A DNA stretch of 8,224 nucleotides from Octopus sinensis (taxonomy: Eukaryota): positions 1-8,224 of the forward strand of contig NW_021828476.1 of NCBI RefSeq assembly GCF_006345805.1. The letters run 5' to 3'. The notes beneath the pieces are model-generated. The model was not told the origin of the DNA and did no database searches. It saw only the letters and a program-made list of their open reading frames with translations. Numbering within the stretch: the first letter of the stretch is position 1; every line of letters starts with the position of its first letter. The translations under genes and the position numbers were made by a program. Below, in pieces: positions 7,222 to 8,224 of this stretch.

Positions 7222-7680
7222 AAGTCTTCCTCTGCAGTGCACTTTCCAGGAAGTCATCCCCTCCTTCCCTTCCTCGGATCTTTCCAGGATTACCTCCCTT
7301 CTTCCACTTCTCCCCTCCACGGAACCTTCCAGGAAATTACCCCTTCCTACAGCCCCTCCTCGGGACTTTCCAGGAAGTCTGCCTCTTCCCTCCCTCGGAA
7401 TTTTCCAGGATGTCCCCTCTGCCTCCACTTCCGCGGAAATTTCCAAGAAGTCCTTCCATCCTCTGGGTCTTTCCAGGTTATCTTGTCCCTGATCTCTGAC
7501 TTTTCCAGGTAATCTCGTTCCCAACATCGGAACTTTACTCCTTCCTCCACCTAGGATCTTTCCAGCAAGTCCTCCTCTGCACTGCACTTTCCAGGAAGTC
7601 TCACCCTCCTTCCCTCCTCGGAACTTTCCCGGAAGTCCTTCCCTTCCCCATAAGTCTCCAGGAAGTCATATCCTCCTCCT
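7222..7680. repeat. Interspersed-core tandem array: 13 near-palindromic 18-nt cores separated by variable pyrimidine-rich spacers
   Basis: Cores start at 7239, 7276, 7321, 7362, 7397, 7435, 7465, 7497, 7529 (truncated), 7554, 7584, 7620 and 7652. Consensus GGAACTTTCCAGGAAGTC; spacers 12-27 nt. Confidence 0.92.
7239..7667. promoter_or_regulatory. Putative cluster of NF-kB-like, STAT(GAS)-like and ETS-like motifs (function untested)
   Basis: Exact kB decamer GGGACTTTCC at 7362-7371, and variants GGAATTTTCC (7397), GGAAATTTCC (7435), GGAACTTTCC (7620). TTCNNNGAA at 7244, 7327, 7368, 7441, 7589 and 7626. GGAAGT in five cores. Motif match only. Confidence 0.35.
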
Positions 7681-7681
7681 T

Positions 7682-8224
7682 TCTTGATCTTACAACCATT
7701 TCCAGAGATTAGCTCATTTAATATTGATATCTCCCTTCGCAATGATTCTATCTCAATTTCAATTCTACTCCTCCAGTTTGATTTTCTTTTCGAATTTGGT
7801 ATTGCTGGCTTTTTGGGTGTTAAACAACGTCTTTCGATTACCTGAGCAACAGAGTAAATAATTTCATTTAACTTATTAATATCGGGTTTAAGTTGATGTA
7901 TGATTTCTTGTGTAACGCAGTTGCCAATTTTTATTTGTGTTTTATGTTGGTGTGCATCTGAGAGTTTATGGAGTGGTTCCCTATCATTCATATTTGTATG
8001 CCCTACAACAGCAAGCTCATTCAGAACTTCCTGCTTCATTTCAATGATAGATTTTCTGAGTTGTTCAGCATATAAGTGGTTTTCAAATTCTGTTTCGATA
8101 TCATTTTCCTGGCTGTTTTTTCTAGGGTCATTATATTTTCCTTTTTCTTCAGGCTCTTGAGTGGTTTCGGCAGATGGTCGCCTTTCAGTCAATGTTTGTG
8201 GTCCAATATTCCTCTCCTCTGCTT
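7682..8224 (-). mobile_element. Uninterrupted N-terminal (pre-RT) ORF fragment of a probable R4/Dong-clade element (copy F), open to the right edge
   Basis: The ORF-track frame 7551-8192 has no stop up to position 8224 (AEERNIGPQTLTERR...). Segments VGHTNMNDREPLHKL, DINKLNEIIYSVAQVI and NWRSRIEIEIESLRREISILNEL resemble the pre-RT region of R4-clade ORFs as I recall them. No catalytic motif lies in this piece. Confidence 0.68.

Noticed and set aside
7210-7587. ORFs across the array (7210-7587, 7237-7512, 7347-7550) as repeat proteins
   Set aside because: Core spacing is not a multiple of 3, so the same core is read as RLPGK, DFLE or TSWK. The open frames reflect the purine/pyrimidine bias that avoids stop codons.
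7222-7680. Bona fide CRISPR array
   Set aside because: Repeats are short (18 nt) and too degenerate, spacers are low-complexity pyrimidine tracts of irregular length, there are no cas genes, and the context is eukaryotic retroelements.

Overview
Repeat-saturated, AT-rich eukaryotic DNA with no host gene supported by the sequence. The tRNA-derived SINE family resembles those I recall from Octopus/coleoid cephalopods (recognition, not a database result). The window holds: (i) six minus-strand fragments of R4/Dong-clade non-LTR retrotransposons (RT plus C-terminal zinc knuckle and restriction-like endonuclease, RLE), three of them short copies stacked in (AAT)n microsatellite at 1-1151, plus decayed or rearranged pieces at about 4975-7216 and an open N-terminal piece at 7682-8224; (ii) a cluster of tRNA-derived SINEs in both orientations, including a head-to-tail trimer; (iii) many simple and compound microsatellites, which explain most ORFs in the supplied track. 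The most unusual element is a 7222-7680 array of 13 copies of a near-palindromic 18-nt core (consensus GGAACTTTCCAGGAAGTC) separated by non-identical 12-27 nt pyrimidine-rich spacers. Its core is an overlapping NF-kB-like plus STAT(GAS)-like plus ETS-like motif, and it sits between two LINE fragments where a large part of the RT coding region is missing. Some 1-nt indels may be sequencing or assembly errors.
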